From Methanobacteriota archaeon (GTDB taxonomy: Archaea > JAADCQ01 > Methanopyri > Methanopyrales > Methanopyraceae): a DNA stretch of 32,000 bases. A program made the position numbers and the translations under genes. Numbering within the stretch: the stretch's first letter is position 1; the number at the start of each line of letters is the position of its first letter. The DNA lies in the NCBI GenBank assembly GCA_027064425.1, contig JAMOPO010000052.1, forward strand, positions 147,010-179,009, in the 5' to 3' direction. Under the pieces are notes generated by a model, which was not told where the DNA came from, did no database searches, and saw nothing but the letters and a program-made list of their open reading frames with translations. This document shows positions 7,981 through 16,409 of this stretch, one piece after another.

Positions 7981-8712
7981 CAGCTCAATGGGTACTGGCA
8001 CGACCAGCGTGACGTTCTCCTCCGCGGACACCTCCGAGAGCGTCTGAAGCAGCCGCAGCAGCCCCGGATCCACGCCCAGCTTCTCCGCCGCCTCCTTCAG
8101 GTCCTTAGCGGCCTGGCGCTCGGCCCGGGCCTGGATGATCCTCGCCCGCCGGTCCCGCTCGGCCTCCGCCTGCCGCGCCATCGCCCGCCGCATCTCCTCC
8201 GGGAGGACGACGTCCCGGATCTCCACGTCCACGATCCTAACGCCCCAGTCCCTCGTCTTCTCGTCGATGATCTCCTTGATCCGCTCGCTCAGCTCCTCCC
8301 GCTTGGCCAGCACGTCGTCCAGCTCCACCTCGCCCAGGACCGATCGAAGGGTCGTCTGGGCCAGGTTGAACACCGCCCCCTCGTAGTCCCCCACGTTGAG
8401 CACCGCGCGGGCCGGGTCGACCACGCGGTAGTAGATCACGGCGTCCACCTTGATCGGCACGTTGTCCCTCGTGATCACCTCCTGCGGCGGGATCTCCCGG
8501 GTGATGACCCGCAGGTCCACCTTAACCAGCCGGTCGATGACCGGGATGATCAGGTTCAGCCCGGGTGGTCGCGTGCCCACGTACCTGCCCAACCGCAAGA
8601 GCACGCCGCGCTCGTACTCGTTCAACACCCTCACGGACATGGCCAGCAGGACCAGCGCCGCCCCGAGACCGACCGCCAGCCACTTCCACGGGATCGTCGC
8701 CCACGAGATCAT
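7954..8712 (-). CDS. Stomatin/prohibitin-family (SPFH, band 7) membrane protein
   Basis: N-terminal TM helix, then NEYERGVLLRLGRY...PGLNLIIPVIDRLVKVDLR...TRDNVPIKVDAVIYYRV and a coiled-coil AEAERDRRARIIQARAE. Confidence 0.9.
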   Translation of the reverse strand: MISWATIPWKWLAVGLGAALVLLAMSVRVLNEYERGVLLRLGRYVGTRPPGLNLIIPVIDRLVKVDLRVITREIPPQEVITRDNVPIKVDAVIYYRVVDPARAVLNVGDYEGAVFNLAQTTLRSVLGEVELDDVLAKREELSERIKEIIDEKTRDWGVRIVDVEIRDVVLPEEMRRAMARQAEAERDRRARIIQARAERQAAKDLKEAAEKLGVDPGLLRLLQTLSEVSAEENVTLVVPVPIELLRIAKESE

Positions 8713-9146
8713 CGCTCTTTAACCCCCTCCCGCGAGGGTTCCGCCGGCTCGACCTCGAGCCGGCTCCCCAGCACCCTTCTCACGACGACGCGGTCACCCT
8801 CGCCGAGATCCGCCTCGGACACGGCGTCCCAGACCTCGCCTCGCACCTCCACTCGGAGCGGATCCGAGGACACCACCACTCCCTCCTCACCGCGCAGCTG
8901 GCTCGCGTCCGCGGGGCCGCCCTCCGCCGACCCGGCCCGCCGGCGCCCGACCAGTCCCCAAACCTGCATCACCAAGATCAGCGCGCCAGGCGGCCCGGTG
9001 ACCAGGAGGAGCTTGGGATCTCGGAGCCAGCTTCCCAGCCATAGGAGCCCGACTCCCACCGCGGAGACGACCCCGGTGTTGGCCAGGCAGTCCGCGGCGA
9101 TCATGGTCCCACCCGAAAGCATGAGGACGTGCGGGAGCCAGTCCAC
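8709..9146 (-). CDS. NfeD-like membrane protein (short form, C-terminal OB domain)
   Basis: Hydrophobic N-terminal half plus C-terminal GEEGVVVSSDPLRVEVRGEVWDAVSE..GDRVVVRRV, an OB-like beta segment. It has a 4-nt overlap with the downstream stomatin gene, which is the classic NfeD-stomatin pair. Confidence 0.7.
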   Translation of the reverse strand: MDWLPHVLMLSGGTMIAADCLANTGVVSAVGVGLLWLGSWLRDPKLLLVTGPPGALILVMQVWGLVGRRRAGSAEGGPADASQLRGEEGVVVSSDPLRVEVRGEVWDAVSEADLGEGDRVVVRRVLGSRLEVEPAEPSREGVKER

Positions 9147-9191
9147 GGCCCGGACCCCGCTACCTCTATTTCCACTACGAGCGTGAACCGA

Positions 9192-10514
9192 GTGGGGAGC
9201 ACCGTGGACGTCATCGTGGGTGCCGGTCCGGCGGGGCGGACCTGCGCGCTAGTGCTGGGCCGGGCGGGTAGAAAAGTCCTGCTAATTGACCGGAAGGGTA
9301 AGAAGGGGGTCGGTGGGAAGTGCCTCAACGAGGCGTGCATGGTGGTGGGCGCGCTGGTCGAGGTCGCGCGGTTGGTGGCCTGGTCCAGGCTGGGGATCCC
9401 CGGGGTTGAGCTGTCGGTGGACGTGGATTACAGGGAGCTGACGCGCGGGGTGAAAAAGACGCTCGCCAAGATCAGGTCCAAGCTGCTCAGGGAGGTGCGA
9501 GACGCCGGCGTCGAGGTGGTCAGGGGCGAGGTGGATCGGGTCGAGGAGGGTCCGGCGGTTCGGGTGAACGGTGAGCGGCTGGAGGCGGATCACGTCCTCC
9601 TCGCGACCGGCTCCGTGCCCAAGGTCCCCGACGTGGACGGCGTGGAGCTGGACGACGTGGTGACCTACCGGGAGCTCTTGGACATCGACCTCCCGGGAGA
9701 GGCGTGCGTGGTCGGGGGCGGCCCGACGGCCCTGGAGCTAGCGTTCGTCTTCGCGGCGCTCGGGTCCGAGGTCACCCTGACCTACCGGTCGCAGCTGCTG
9801 CCGGGCTACCCGCGTGAGGTGGTCAAGGAGGCGGTCCGGGACCTGAAGTTGGTCGGCGTCGAGGTGGTGCGCGGGGGCGAGCTGAGGGAGATCCGGGAGA
9901 CGACCAACGGGCTGGAGTGCGAGTTCGAGTGCGGCTTCGTGGTGGCGGACGTCGTGCTGCTGGGCACGGGGCTGCGCCCGAACTCCGAGGTGGCGGCCAG
10001 GTCCGGGATCGAGGTGGGTGAGGATGGGGAGGTCGTGGTTGACGACCGGATGAGGACCTCCATGCCGGGGGTGTACGCGGCGGGCGACGTCACCGGCCCT
10101 CCCTACCTGGCCCCGGTGGCGAGGTACGAGGGGCTGGTGGCGGCCCTGAACATGCTCGGGCGCGATGCGCGGCGCGAGCACCCCTCAATACCTCGGGTCG
10201 TGAGACTCTTCCGCGACATCGGGCGCACGGAGGTTAAGGCGGCGTGGGAGGGGCGTCGCGAGGCTCCGGCCGGCGGCTCGGCCTTCTGGCTGTTCGCCCG
10301 CGGGTTTGAGGGGAAGCTGGTGGGGAGAAGGAGAGGCAAGACGTCCGAGCTGTTCACGGTGGGCCCGAACGCGTCGGAGTTCCTCCACTACGCCGGCCTC
10401 GTGCTGGACGAGAACTCCGGCGGATCGGAGGTCATCGAGGTGCACCCGACGGCCGATCCCGTCATCCACCTGGTGAAGGAGCTCAGGCTGGAGGACCTAA
10501 TGAACCGCTCTTAA
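9192..10514 (+). CDS. Class I pyridine nucleotide-disulfide oxidoreductase (dihydrolipoamide dehydrogenase / glutathione reductase family)
   Basis: FAD motif DVIVGAGPAGRTCA, redox-active GGKCLNEAC, second Rossmann motif ACVVGGGPTALELA, YAAGDV, and a C-terminal HPT motif (EVHPTADP). The start is uncertain: GTG at 9183, 9192 or 9204. The track start 9129 overlaps the NfeD gene. Confidence 0.7.
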   Translation: MGSTVDVIVGAGPAGRTCALVLGRAGRKVLLIDRKGKKGVGGKCLNEACMVVGALVEVARLVAWSRLGIPGVELSVDVDYRELTRGVKKTLAKIRSKLLREVRDAGVEVVRGEVDRVEEGPAVRVNGERLEADHVLLATGSVPKVPDVDGVELDDVVTYRELLDIDLPGEACVVGGGPTALELAFVFAALGSEVTLTYRSQLLPGYPREVVKEAVRDLKLVGVEVVRGGELREIRETTNGLECEFECGFVVADVVLLGTGLRPNSEVAARSGIEVGEDGEVVVDDRMRTSMPGVYAAGDVTGPPYLAPVARYEGLVAALNMLGRDARREHPSIPRVVRLFRDIGRTEVKAAWEGRREAPAGGSAFWLFARGFEGKLVGRRRGKTSELFTVGPNASEFLHYAGLVLDENSGGSEVIEVHPTADPVIHLVKELRLEDLMNRS

Positions 10515-12169
10515 CCCTCCGGGAGCAGGTTCCTGGCCCTCTCCAGGTCCTCCTCGGTCACCTTCGGGAACACGGGCTCCGGCTCGGGTATCGAGCCGGC
10601 GCGCACGTCCCGGAGCGCCTCCTCCCACTCCTGATCGTGAACCGAGCTCTCGTAACCCAGGCTCCGCCACAGCTTGTCCGCGCTCTCCGGTAGGAACGGG
10701 GCCAGCATCACGGCTAGCGCCTTCACGATCCTCGCGCAGCCCTTCAGGACGCGCCTGCACTCCTCCGGGTCCTCCTTCCGCAGGTTCCACGGCTCCCGCT
10801 CCTGGAAGTACTCGTTCCCGAAGCTGGACAGGTCCAGGACCGCGTACAGTGCCTCCCGGAACTTGAAGTCCTCCAGCAGCTCCGTCACCCGCTCATGGTG
10901 CTCCTCGATCTCCTCGACGACCTCCTCCTCCGCCTCCACGCCCGGAATCTCACCGTCCAGGAACCGGTGGATGAACGAGAGCGTGCGGTACGCGAAGTTG
11001 CCCAGGTTGGCGATCAGCTCGTTGTTGATCTTGTCGCGGAACTCGTCCCAGGAGAAGTCCGCGTCCTTCGTCAGCGGGCTCATCGTGATCAGGTAGTACC
11101 GCAGGTAGTCCGCCGGGAACAGCTCCACGAAGTCTCGCACCCAGACGACCCAGCCCCGACTGGTGCTCATCTTCCGACCCTCGAGGGTCAGGTACTCACC
11201 CGCCACGACCGTGTGCGGCAGGTTCGCACCGACGCCCATCAGCATGGCCGGCCAGAACAGGACGTGGTGCACGATGATGTCCTTCCCGATGAAGTGGATG
11301 ATCTTAGTGTCACCATCGAACCAGTACTCCCTCCAGTCCCGACCCTCCCGCTCGCAGTACTGCTTCGTGAACGTGACGTACCCGATCGGTGCGTCGAACC
11401 ACACGTAAAACACCTTGTCCTCGTAGCCCTCGAGCGGGATGGGCACGCCCCAGTCGATGTCGCGAGTGATGTCCCAGTCTCGGAGCCCCTCCTTAATCCA
11501 CTCCAGCGCGTAGTTCCGGACGTTCCTGGGCAGGTTCTCGTTGGACTCTATCCACTCCTTCAGGTCCTCCTCGAACTCGCTGAGCTTGAAGAACAGGTGC
11601 TTTACCCTCCGCACCTCCGGCTCGGAGTTACAGATCACGCACCGCGGGTCCTCGAGCTGCGTGGGCTCGAGGTGCCGCCCGCACGCCTCGCAGTGATCAC
11701 CCCGCGCTCCCTCCTCACCGCAGTACGGGCACCGACCCTCCACGTACCGGTCCGGCAGGGGCCGCTCGCACTTCGGGCAGTACAGCTGCTCAACCTCACG
11801 CTCCTCGATGTACCCCTTCTCGTGCAACCGCTCGAAGAACCAGTGGGTCATCTTCACGTGCTCCTCGTTGAACTCCCGGCACGTGCACGAGAACTCGTCG
11901 AACTCAATGTTCAGCCGCTCCAGGTCCTCCTTGATCCTCTCGTGGTACTTGCGGACGATCTCCTCCGGCTCCTTGCCCTCGAGCTCGGCCTGCAGCGCGA
12001 TCGGGACCCCGTGGTTATCCGTGCCGCCGATGTGGACCGCGTCCACGCCTCGCATCTTGAGGAACCGGGTGTACACGTCCGCGGGCAGGTAGGTGCTGCG
12101 CACGTGCCCGATGTGCAGTGGTCCGTTGGTGTAGGCGAGGGCCGTCGTCACCAGGACCCGCTCGCTCAC
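10511..12169 (-). CDS. metG: Methionyl-tRNA synthetase
   Basis: HIGH motif (PLHIGHVRS), KMSKS motif (RKMSTSRG), zinc knuckles CPKC...CPYC...CEAC, and TDNHG. Confidence 0.93.
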   Translation of the reverse strand: MSERVLVTTALAYTNGPLHIGHVRSTYLPADVYTRFLKMRGVDAVHIGGTDNHGVPIALQAELEGKEPEEIVRKYHERIKEDLERLNIEFDEFSCTCREFNEEHVKMTHWFFERLHEKGYIEEREVEQLYCPKCERPLPDRYVEGRCPYCGEEGARGDHCEACGRHLEPTQLEDPRCVICNSEPEVRRVKHLFFKLSEFEEDLKEWIESNENLPRNVRNYALEWIKEGLRDWDITRDIDWGVPIPLEGYEDKVFYVWFDAPIGYVTFTKQYCEREGRDWREYWFDGDTKIIHFIGKDIIVHHVLFWPAMLMGVGANLPHTVVAGEYLTLEGRKMSTSRGWVVWVRDFVELFPADYLRYYLITMSPLTKDADFSWDEFRDKINNELIANLGNFAYRTLSFIHRFLDGEIPGVEAEEEVVEEIEEHHERVTELLEDFKFREALYAVLDLSSFGNEYFQEREPWNLRKEDPEECRRVLKGCARIVKALAVMLAPFLPESADKLWRSLGYESSVHDQEWEEALRDVRAGSIPEPEPVFPKVTEEDLERARNLLPEG

Positions 12170-12181
12170 CTCGCCTCCCCC

Positions 12182-12802
12182 CTACAGGACGTAGCCCCAC
12201 TTCACTGGGGTGACGTTGGCCAGCGAGACCGGCTTCAAATCCTCCGCCTTCAGCACTCCCGTGATCGAGTAGGCCACCGGGTACTCGTCGTCCAGCGACG
12301 CCACCTCGAACTCGTAGATCGATCCCCGCTTCTCGGCCCGGAACACCGCCAGGATCGCCGGCGCCCGCTCCAGCCTCCTCGCCAGCCGCTCCGGGTCGAC
12401 CCACGGGTTCCTGACCTGCACCTCCACGACGTACGCCTCCACCTGGTCGAGGAAAACCGCCGGCGCCCTGCCCAGCCCCTCCCGACGCAGCGTCCGGCTG
12501 ATCAGCTGCCCCAGCTCCCACTTGGACATGGGCCTCGGAAGCCGCACGATTATGCACGCCTCCACGGACGAGGGGGCCGTCTTAACGCCGCCCACCCTCA
12601 CGACGTACGGGACCCGGAGCAGCGCTCGATGGACGTCCTTCGGCTTGAGCCCCGGCCTCAGGTTGCAGATGACGACGTGGTAGCACGCCACCTGGGCCCC
12701 CTTGGACGAGATGGCCCACTGGTACGCCAGGATCCCCGCCACCGAGCCCGTCAGGGCGGCCGCCAAAACGACGATCGCCACCCTGCCCGCCCGCACGCTC
12801 AC
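12182..12802 (-). CDS. Hypothetical membrane-anchored protein (206 aa)
   Basis: GTG 12802 overlaps the upstream stop in a GTGA junction. One N-terminal TM helix (VAIVVLAAALTGSVAGILAY), then a soluble alpha/beta-looking region. The first 52 codons of the track ORF are G/R/A-rich shadow. No family recognised. Confidence 0.5.
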   Translation of the reverse strand: MSVRAGRVAIVVLAAALTGSVAGILAYQWAISSKGAQVACYHVVICNLRPGLKPKDVHRALLRVPYVVRVGGVKTAPSSVEACIIVRLPRPMSKWELGQLISRTLRREGLGRAPAVFLDQVEAYVVEVQVRNPWVDPERLARRLERAPAILAVFRAEKRGSIYEFEVASLDDEYPVAYSITGVLKAEDLKPVSLANVTPVKWGYVL

Positions 12803-13692
12803 AGCCCCCTGCTCACCGCCACGGTCATCAGTATCGACATCCCCGTCACCCAGGCGACGGAGTTCGGCGCCACCGGCTGCGCGAGGTAGCCCAGCACCCG
12901 GATCAGCGCCTGTACCAGCATCGGGAGCACCCCGACCACCGCGGCACCGACCAGCCACCGCTTACACCACCGCGGCCTCACCGCCCAGACCAGGTAGAGG
13001 CCCAATCCCGCCACCAGCGGCTTGCACATGAACCCGCCGTCAACGGCCCCGAGCACGGTGAGGAACCCGGCGACGGAGAGCATGATCGGCTCCAGCACCG
13101 TCCCGCGCCGCTCGTGCACGCTCAGCGGGTGGAGGAACCCCAGCGCGACGTAAGCGGCCACCGTGATCAGCGCGAGGGGGACGGCGAGAGGCCAGGGGAC
13201 GTACTTCGCCAGCACCGAGCCGTAATGGTACTTGGTGCGGACGTGGCGGAGCGCCAGGTCCAGAATCTTACCCACGCACGCCTTCAGCGCGTGGGTGTGC
13301 GTGAGGGACGTCGTCTCCCCGACCGAGCCTCCACCCGTGATGACGACGAGGGTGCCGGCCTTCATCCGGTACGGCGTGTTCAGCTGGATGACCAGCTGGC
13401 CGAGGTAGGGAAGCAGGGCGATGCCGACCACCGTCGCGCCCGCCGCGCGGTTCCCAACCTCGAGCACGGGCCGACCGTGGCCCGCCAGCAGCAGGCACAT
13501 CAGCCCAACGTGAGCGAGCAGGAGCGCGGGTTTAGCCTCCGTGGACCCCGTCAGTACCGGGTAGAAGAACTCGCGCACCAGGGCGTCGAGTGGCGTGTCC
13601 GTAGCGACCAGGAGCGCCGCGATTCCCAGCAGGAACGCTCCCGCGAGCCGGAGGTACCGGTCAACCCTCGACCGCCTCGAGGATGCGGTCAA
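12799..13692 (-). CDS. Hypothetical polytopic membrane protein (about 8 TM segments)
   Basis: 297 aa with repeated hydrophobic stretches (LLGIAALLVA, LLLAHVGLMCLLLAG, VVGIALLPYLGQLVI, PLAVPLALITVAAYVALGFL and others) and one soluble loop (GTLVVITGGGSVGETTSLTHTH). TTG start. No family recognised. Confidence 0.55.
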   Translation of the reverse strand: MTASSRRSRVDRYLRLAGAFLLGIAALLVATDTPLDALVREFFYPVLTGSTEAKPALLLAHVGLMCLLLAGHGRPVLEVGNRAAGATVVGIALLPYLGQLVIQLNTPYRMKAGTLVVITGGGSVGETTSLTHTHALKACVGKILDLALRHVRTKYHYGSVLAKYVPWPLAVPLALITVAAYVALGFLHPLSVHERRGTVLEPIMLSVAGFLTVLGAVDGGFMCKPLVAGLGLYLVWAVRPRWCKRWLVGAAVVGVLPMLVQALIRVLGYLAQPVAPNSVAWVTGMSILMTVAVSRGL

Positions 13693-14629
13693 CAGCCTCG
13701 GCCCCTCCGCGGACCAGCCACCTGCCGTCCGGGCGCTCGGCGACCTCCACCGGGTCGGTCTCCTCCACCTCGTCCAGGCTCAGCACGGGAACCCCCGACT
13801 CCCGGGCGATCCAGTGACTTAAGTGCCTCGGATGCAGCTCCCACACCTTGACCGCCCTGTTGCCCACCACGCACGCCTCAATGGTCACCCCGAACCCCCC
13901 GGAGAAGACGACCGTGTCGGCCACCATCATCGCGCCGGGCAGGTCCACGAATCCGCGCAGGCGGTCGAACCCCGGGGGCGCGCCGACGCGGAACGGAACG
14001 ACGAGCGGGTCGTGCTCGGACAGCCGCCTCAGGAGCCGCCTCGCCCCCTCCTCCGTCACGTCCCCTCCCAGGCAGACCAGCACACGATCCCGGCACTCCT
14101 CGGGCACCGGGCCCGGGATCTCACCCCTGAGGTGCCGCTCGGCGAGGTACTGGGCCAGCGGCGGCCCCGGGATGACCCTCGCCCGCGCGCCCGACCTCCG
14201 CTCCAGCTCCCTCGCGAACTCCCGGGAGAAGGGAACCAGTACCTCGGAGGCGAACCGGACCACCTCCACCGGGTTGTACACGTCCATTTCCACGTGCACG
14301 GACCTGACGCGCAGCGCCGCGGCCGCGAGCAGGGACTTCCGCGCGTCCCCGGTGTTGCCGGAGGATAGCACGACCGAGGGCCGATCCCGAGCCATCCGCG
14401 CCAGCACCCGGGTCAGGTCCACCGCGAAGCCGAGGTAGCCGCGCCACCCCTCCCGTCGCCTAGACCTGCCGAGCGTGCGCGCGTCCCGCCCCTCCCACCG
14501 TAGCACCTCGGAGCCGCGCCCGTGCCCGTACACCCGAACGTCCCAGCCCTCGCGCTCGAGCCGCTCGAGGACCGGGAGCAGGTTCTTCGCCGGCGAGGGT
14601 TCTACAAGGGCGAACGCCCGCTCACCCAC
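13661..14629 (-). CDS. GT-B / epimerase-like protein (DUF354- or MurG-like), function unknown
   Basis: GTG 14629 overlaps the hisB stop by 8 nt. The two-lobed Rossmann-like pattern (LLPVLERLEREGWDVRVYGHG...; DRVLVCLGG...; ADTVVFSGGFGVTIEACVVGNRAVKV) resembles the GT-B C-terminal nucleotide-sugar lobe. The W-rich N-terminal 168 codons of the track ORF are hisB shadow. Confidence 0.4.
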   Translation of the reverse strand: MGERAFALVEPSPAKNLLPVLERLEREGWDVRVYGHGRGSEVLRWEGRDARTLGRSRRREGWRGYLGFAVDLTRVLARMARDRPSVVLSSGNTGDARKSLLAAAALRVRSVHVEMDVYNPVEVVRFASEVLVPFSREFARELERRSGARARVIPGPPLAQYLAERHLRGEIPGPVPEECRDRVLVCLGGDVTEEGARRLLRRLSEHDPLVVPFRVGAPPGFDRLRGFVDLPGAMMVADTVVFSGGFGVTIEACVVGNRAVKVWELHPRHLSHWIARESGVPVLSLDEVEETDPVEVAERPDGRWLVRGGAEAVDRILEAVEG

Positions 14630-15221
14630 GTCCCAGCCTCCCCTTGGTGGACGGGACGCCCTCCTCGACCACCTCCACCGCCTCCCGCAGGGCCCGAGCC
14701 ACCGCCTTGAACATTGCCTCCACGGCGTGATGATCGTTGTCCCACGCCCGGAACTCCACGTGCATCGTGGTCCCGGAGTTCTCGCAGAAGCTGCGCCAGA
14801 AGTGCGGTACGTTCTCCAGCGAGAGCGGTGGATCGCCGATCCCGGGTCGGGAGGGATTGAACCCGCTGACCCGGAGGTAGGCCCGACCGGACAAGTCCAG
14901 GGCGCAGAGGACCAGGGAGCCATCCATGGGTACCATGGACCAGGCCATCCGGCGGATCCCGGACCGGTCGCCCAGAGCCTCGTCGAGCGCCTTGCCCAGG
15001 CAGATGCCCACGTCCTCCACCACGTGGTGATCGTCCACCTCCAGGTCGCCCACCACCTCGACCTCCAGGTCCAGTCCACCGTGAAGCGCCAGCTGTTCCA
15101 GCAGGTGGTCAAAGAACGGGAGCCCGGTGTCAACGTCGGCGGAGCCCTCCCCGTCGAGATCCATCCGGACGCTGACGTCCGTCTCCTCGGTCCTCCGCCG
15201 GACCTCTCCCACCCTGCTCAA
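14622..15221 (-). CDS. hisB: Imidazoleglycerol-phosphate dehydratase
   Basis: RRTEETDVSVRMDLDG, GLPFFDHLLEQLALHG, DDHHVVEDVGICLG, NDHHAVEAMFKAVARAL. These are the two conserved His-rich IGPD motifs. Confidence 0.93.
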   Translation of the reverse strand: MSRVGEVRRRTEETDVSVRMDLDGEGSADVDTGLPFFDHLLEQLALHGGLDLEVEVVGDLEVDDHHVVEDVGICLGKALDEALGDRSGIRRMAWSMVPMDGSLVLCALDLSGRAYLRVSGFNPSRPGIGDPPLSLENVPHFWRSFCENSGTTMHVEFRAWDNDHHAVEAMFKAVARALREAVEVVEEGVPSTKGRLGRG

Positions 15222-15247
15222 CGCGACTCTCCCCGCCGATCGATCCG

Positions 15248-15256
15248 TCTAAAAGG
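15248..15256. promoter_or_regulatory. Bidirectional TATA-like box (TCTAAAAGG) between hisB and the OB-fold gene
   Basis: AT-rich element in the 65-nt divergent spacer. It lies about 31 nt from the hisB ATG (minus strand) and about 35 nt from GTG 15287 (plus strand). Confidence 0.4.
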
Positions 15257-15286
15257 CCGGCTCGGGGCATCGGGCCGGGCGATCGC

Positions 15287-15685
15287 GTGGAGCGCGCGCT
15301 GGCGGCTGCGTGCGTGCTGCTGGGCGCGGTGCTGCTGTGGGCGTCCCACGGGGTGCCAGAGGATAAGGTTACGGCCGCGAGCCTTCGCGGGCTTCCGGAC
15401 GGAACGCTGGTGCTCGTGGACGGGAAGGTCTCACGGCTTGTCACGCTCCGGCGCGGGTGCTTGGTGGAGGTGCGGGTTAGGGACGGCACGGTGCCGGTGT
15501 ACCTCACGGAGTCCGCCGGTCGGGAGCGTGTGCCGGCCCCGGGCGAAAGGTTTCGAGCCCTGGGCCGAGTGGAATCCTACGAGGGTAGGAAGGAGGTGAG
15601 GGTTGATGCGTCGGGGCTACGTGCTGCCGGTGGCGGTGGGCGTTCTGGTGGCCCTGATCCTGCCGTACGTGGTGTACGGTGGTAA
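15287..15685 (+). CDS. Membrane-anchored OB-fold-like protein
   Basis: GTG start. N-terminal hydrophobic helix (LAAACVLLGAVLLWA), then an OB-like beta pattern (GTLVLVDGKVSRLVT..GCLVEVRVRDGTVPVYL...FRALGRVESYEGRKEVRV). The G/R-rich tail overlaps the next gene. Confidence 0.45.
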   Translation: MERALAAACVLLGAVLLWASHGVPEDKVTAASLRGLPDGTLVLVDGKVSRLVTLRRGCLVEVRVRDGTVPVYLTESAGRERVPAPGERFRALGRVESYEGRKEVRVDASGLRAAGGGGRSGGPDPAVRGVRW

Positions 15686-16409
15686 GCCGGAGGGTCCGGG
15701 CTACCCGACGGAGCTTTACGGGTTCAGGGTCAGCCTGGCGAGTCCCGATCTGGCCGTCACGGACATCGTACCCAGGAAGACGCTGCTGATGGAGCACGAG
15801 CTGCGGGTCGACTCGCCGGGCTGGTCGGTGCACTTCGTGCCGGACTGGCCTCCCGTCGTTCTGGTTCACGCGGTGAGAATGAGCGACGAAGAACTGGCGG
15901 TTAGGAACCTGTGGGCGGTCGTCCTCCAGGAGGGTGCCGGGCGGATCTTCATGCCGGACGAGTTCGTGGAGGGCGGCGTGCCGGGGCTGATCACGGGGAT
16001 CGCCGGCCAGGCGTGGGCGTGGAAGCACCTGAAGTGGGCCCGGAAGTACGGGGTGATCCACGGGCTGCGGAGGTACGCGCGGGAGGTGGGCCCGAGCCGG
16101 GTAAGTCGAGAGATCCGTCGGGAGTACGGGAAGGAGCCGTGGCGGGCCCTGCTGGACTTCTGTGAGATGATGCGGTGCAGCGACGTGGGGCGCTTCCTGC
16201 GCTCCAAGCGCCTGTCCTTCCGGGACTTCTTAACCAGCCGGGATCCGGAGTTAGTCGCCCAGGTCCTGACGGTGCTGGACCTGGGCAGACTGGACCCGGA
16301 GGTGGCTAAGAAGAGGATCCGGTACGTGTTGGACGCTCGGGCGTACCCGCTGCCAAAAAGTGAGGAGTGGGCGTTGAGGGAGGCGGCGCGGAGGCTGCTT
16401 CACGGGTGA
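15606..16409 (+). CDS. Hypothetical membrane-anchored protein (267 aa)
   Basis: ATG preceded by a strong Shine-Dalgarno-like GGAGGTGA. N-terminal TM helix (VLPVAVGVLVALILPYVV). No family recognised. Confidence 0.5.
   Translation: MRRGYVLPVAVGVLVALILPYVVYGGKPEGPGYPTELYGFRVSLASPDLAVTDIVPRKTLLMEHELRVDSPGWSVHFVPDWPPVVLVHAVRMSDEELAVRNLWAVVLQEGAGRIFMPDEFVEGGVPGLITGIAGQAWAWKHLKWARKYGVIHGLRRYAREVGPSRVSREIRREYGKEPWRALLDFCEMMRCSDVGRFLRSKRLSFRDFLTSRDPELVAQVLTVLDLGRLDPEVAKKRIRYVLDARAYPLPKSEEWALREAARRLLHG

Noticed and set aside
10895-12889. 664-aa plus-strand ORF
   Set aside because: It is antisense to metG and the following membrane-anchored gene. It has a Pro/Arg/Leu/His/Val-rich low-complexity composition with no motifs, which is the typical high-GC antisense shadow.
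14630-15133. Trp-rich N-terminal 168 codons of the 490-aa ORF 13661..15133 (WNSWRFTVDWTWRSRWWATWRW...)
   Set aside because: This is an off-frame shadow of hisB, which occupies the same strand in another frame with textbook IGPD motifs. The real downstream gene starts at GTG 14629.
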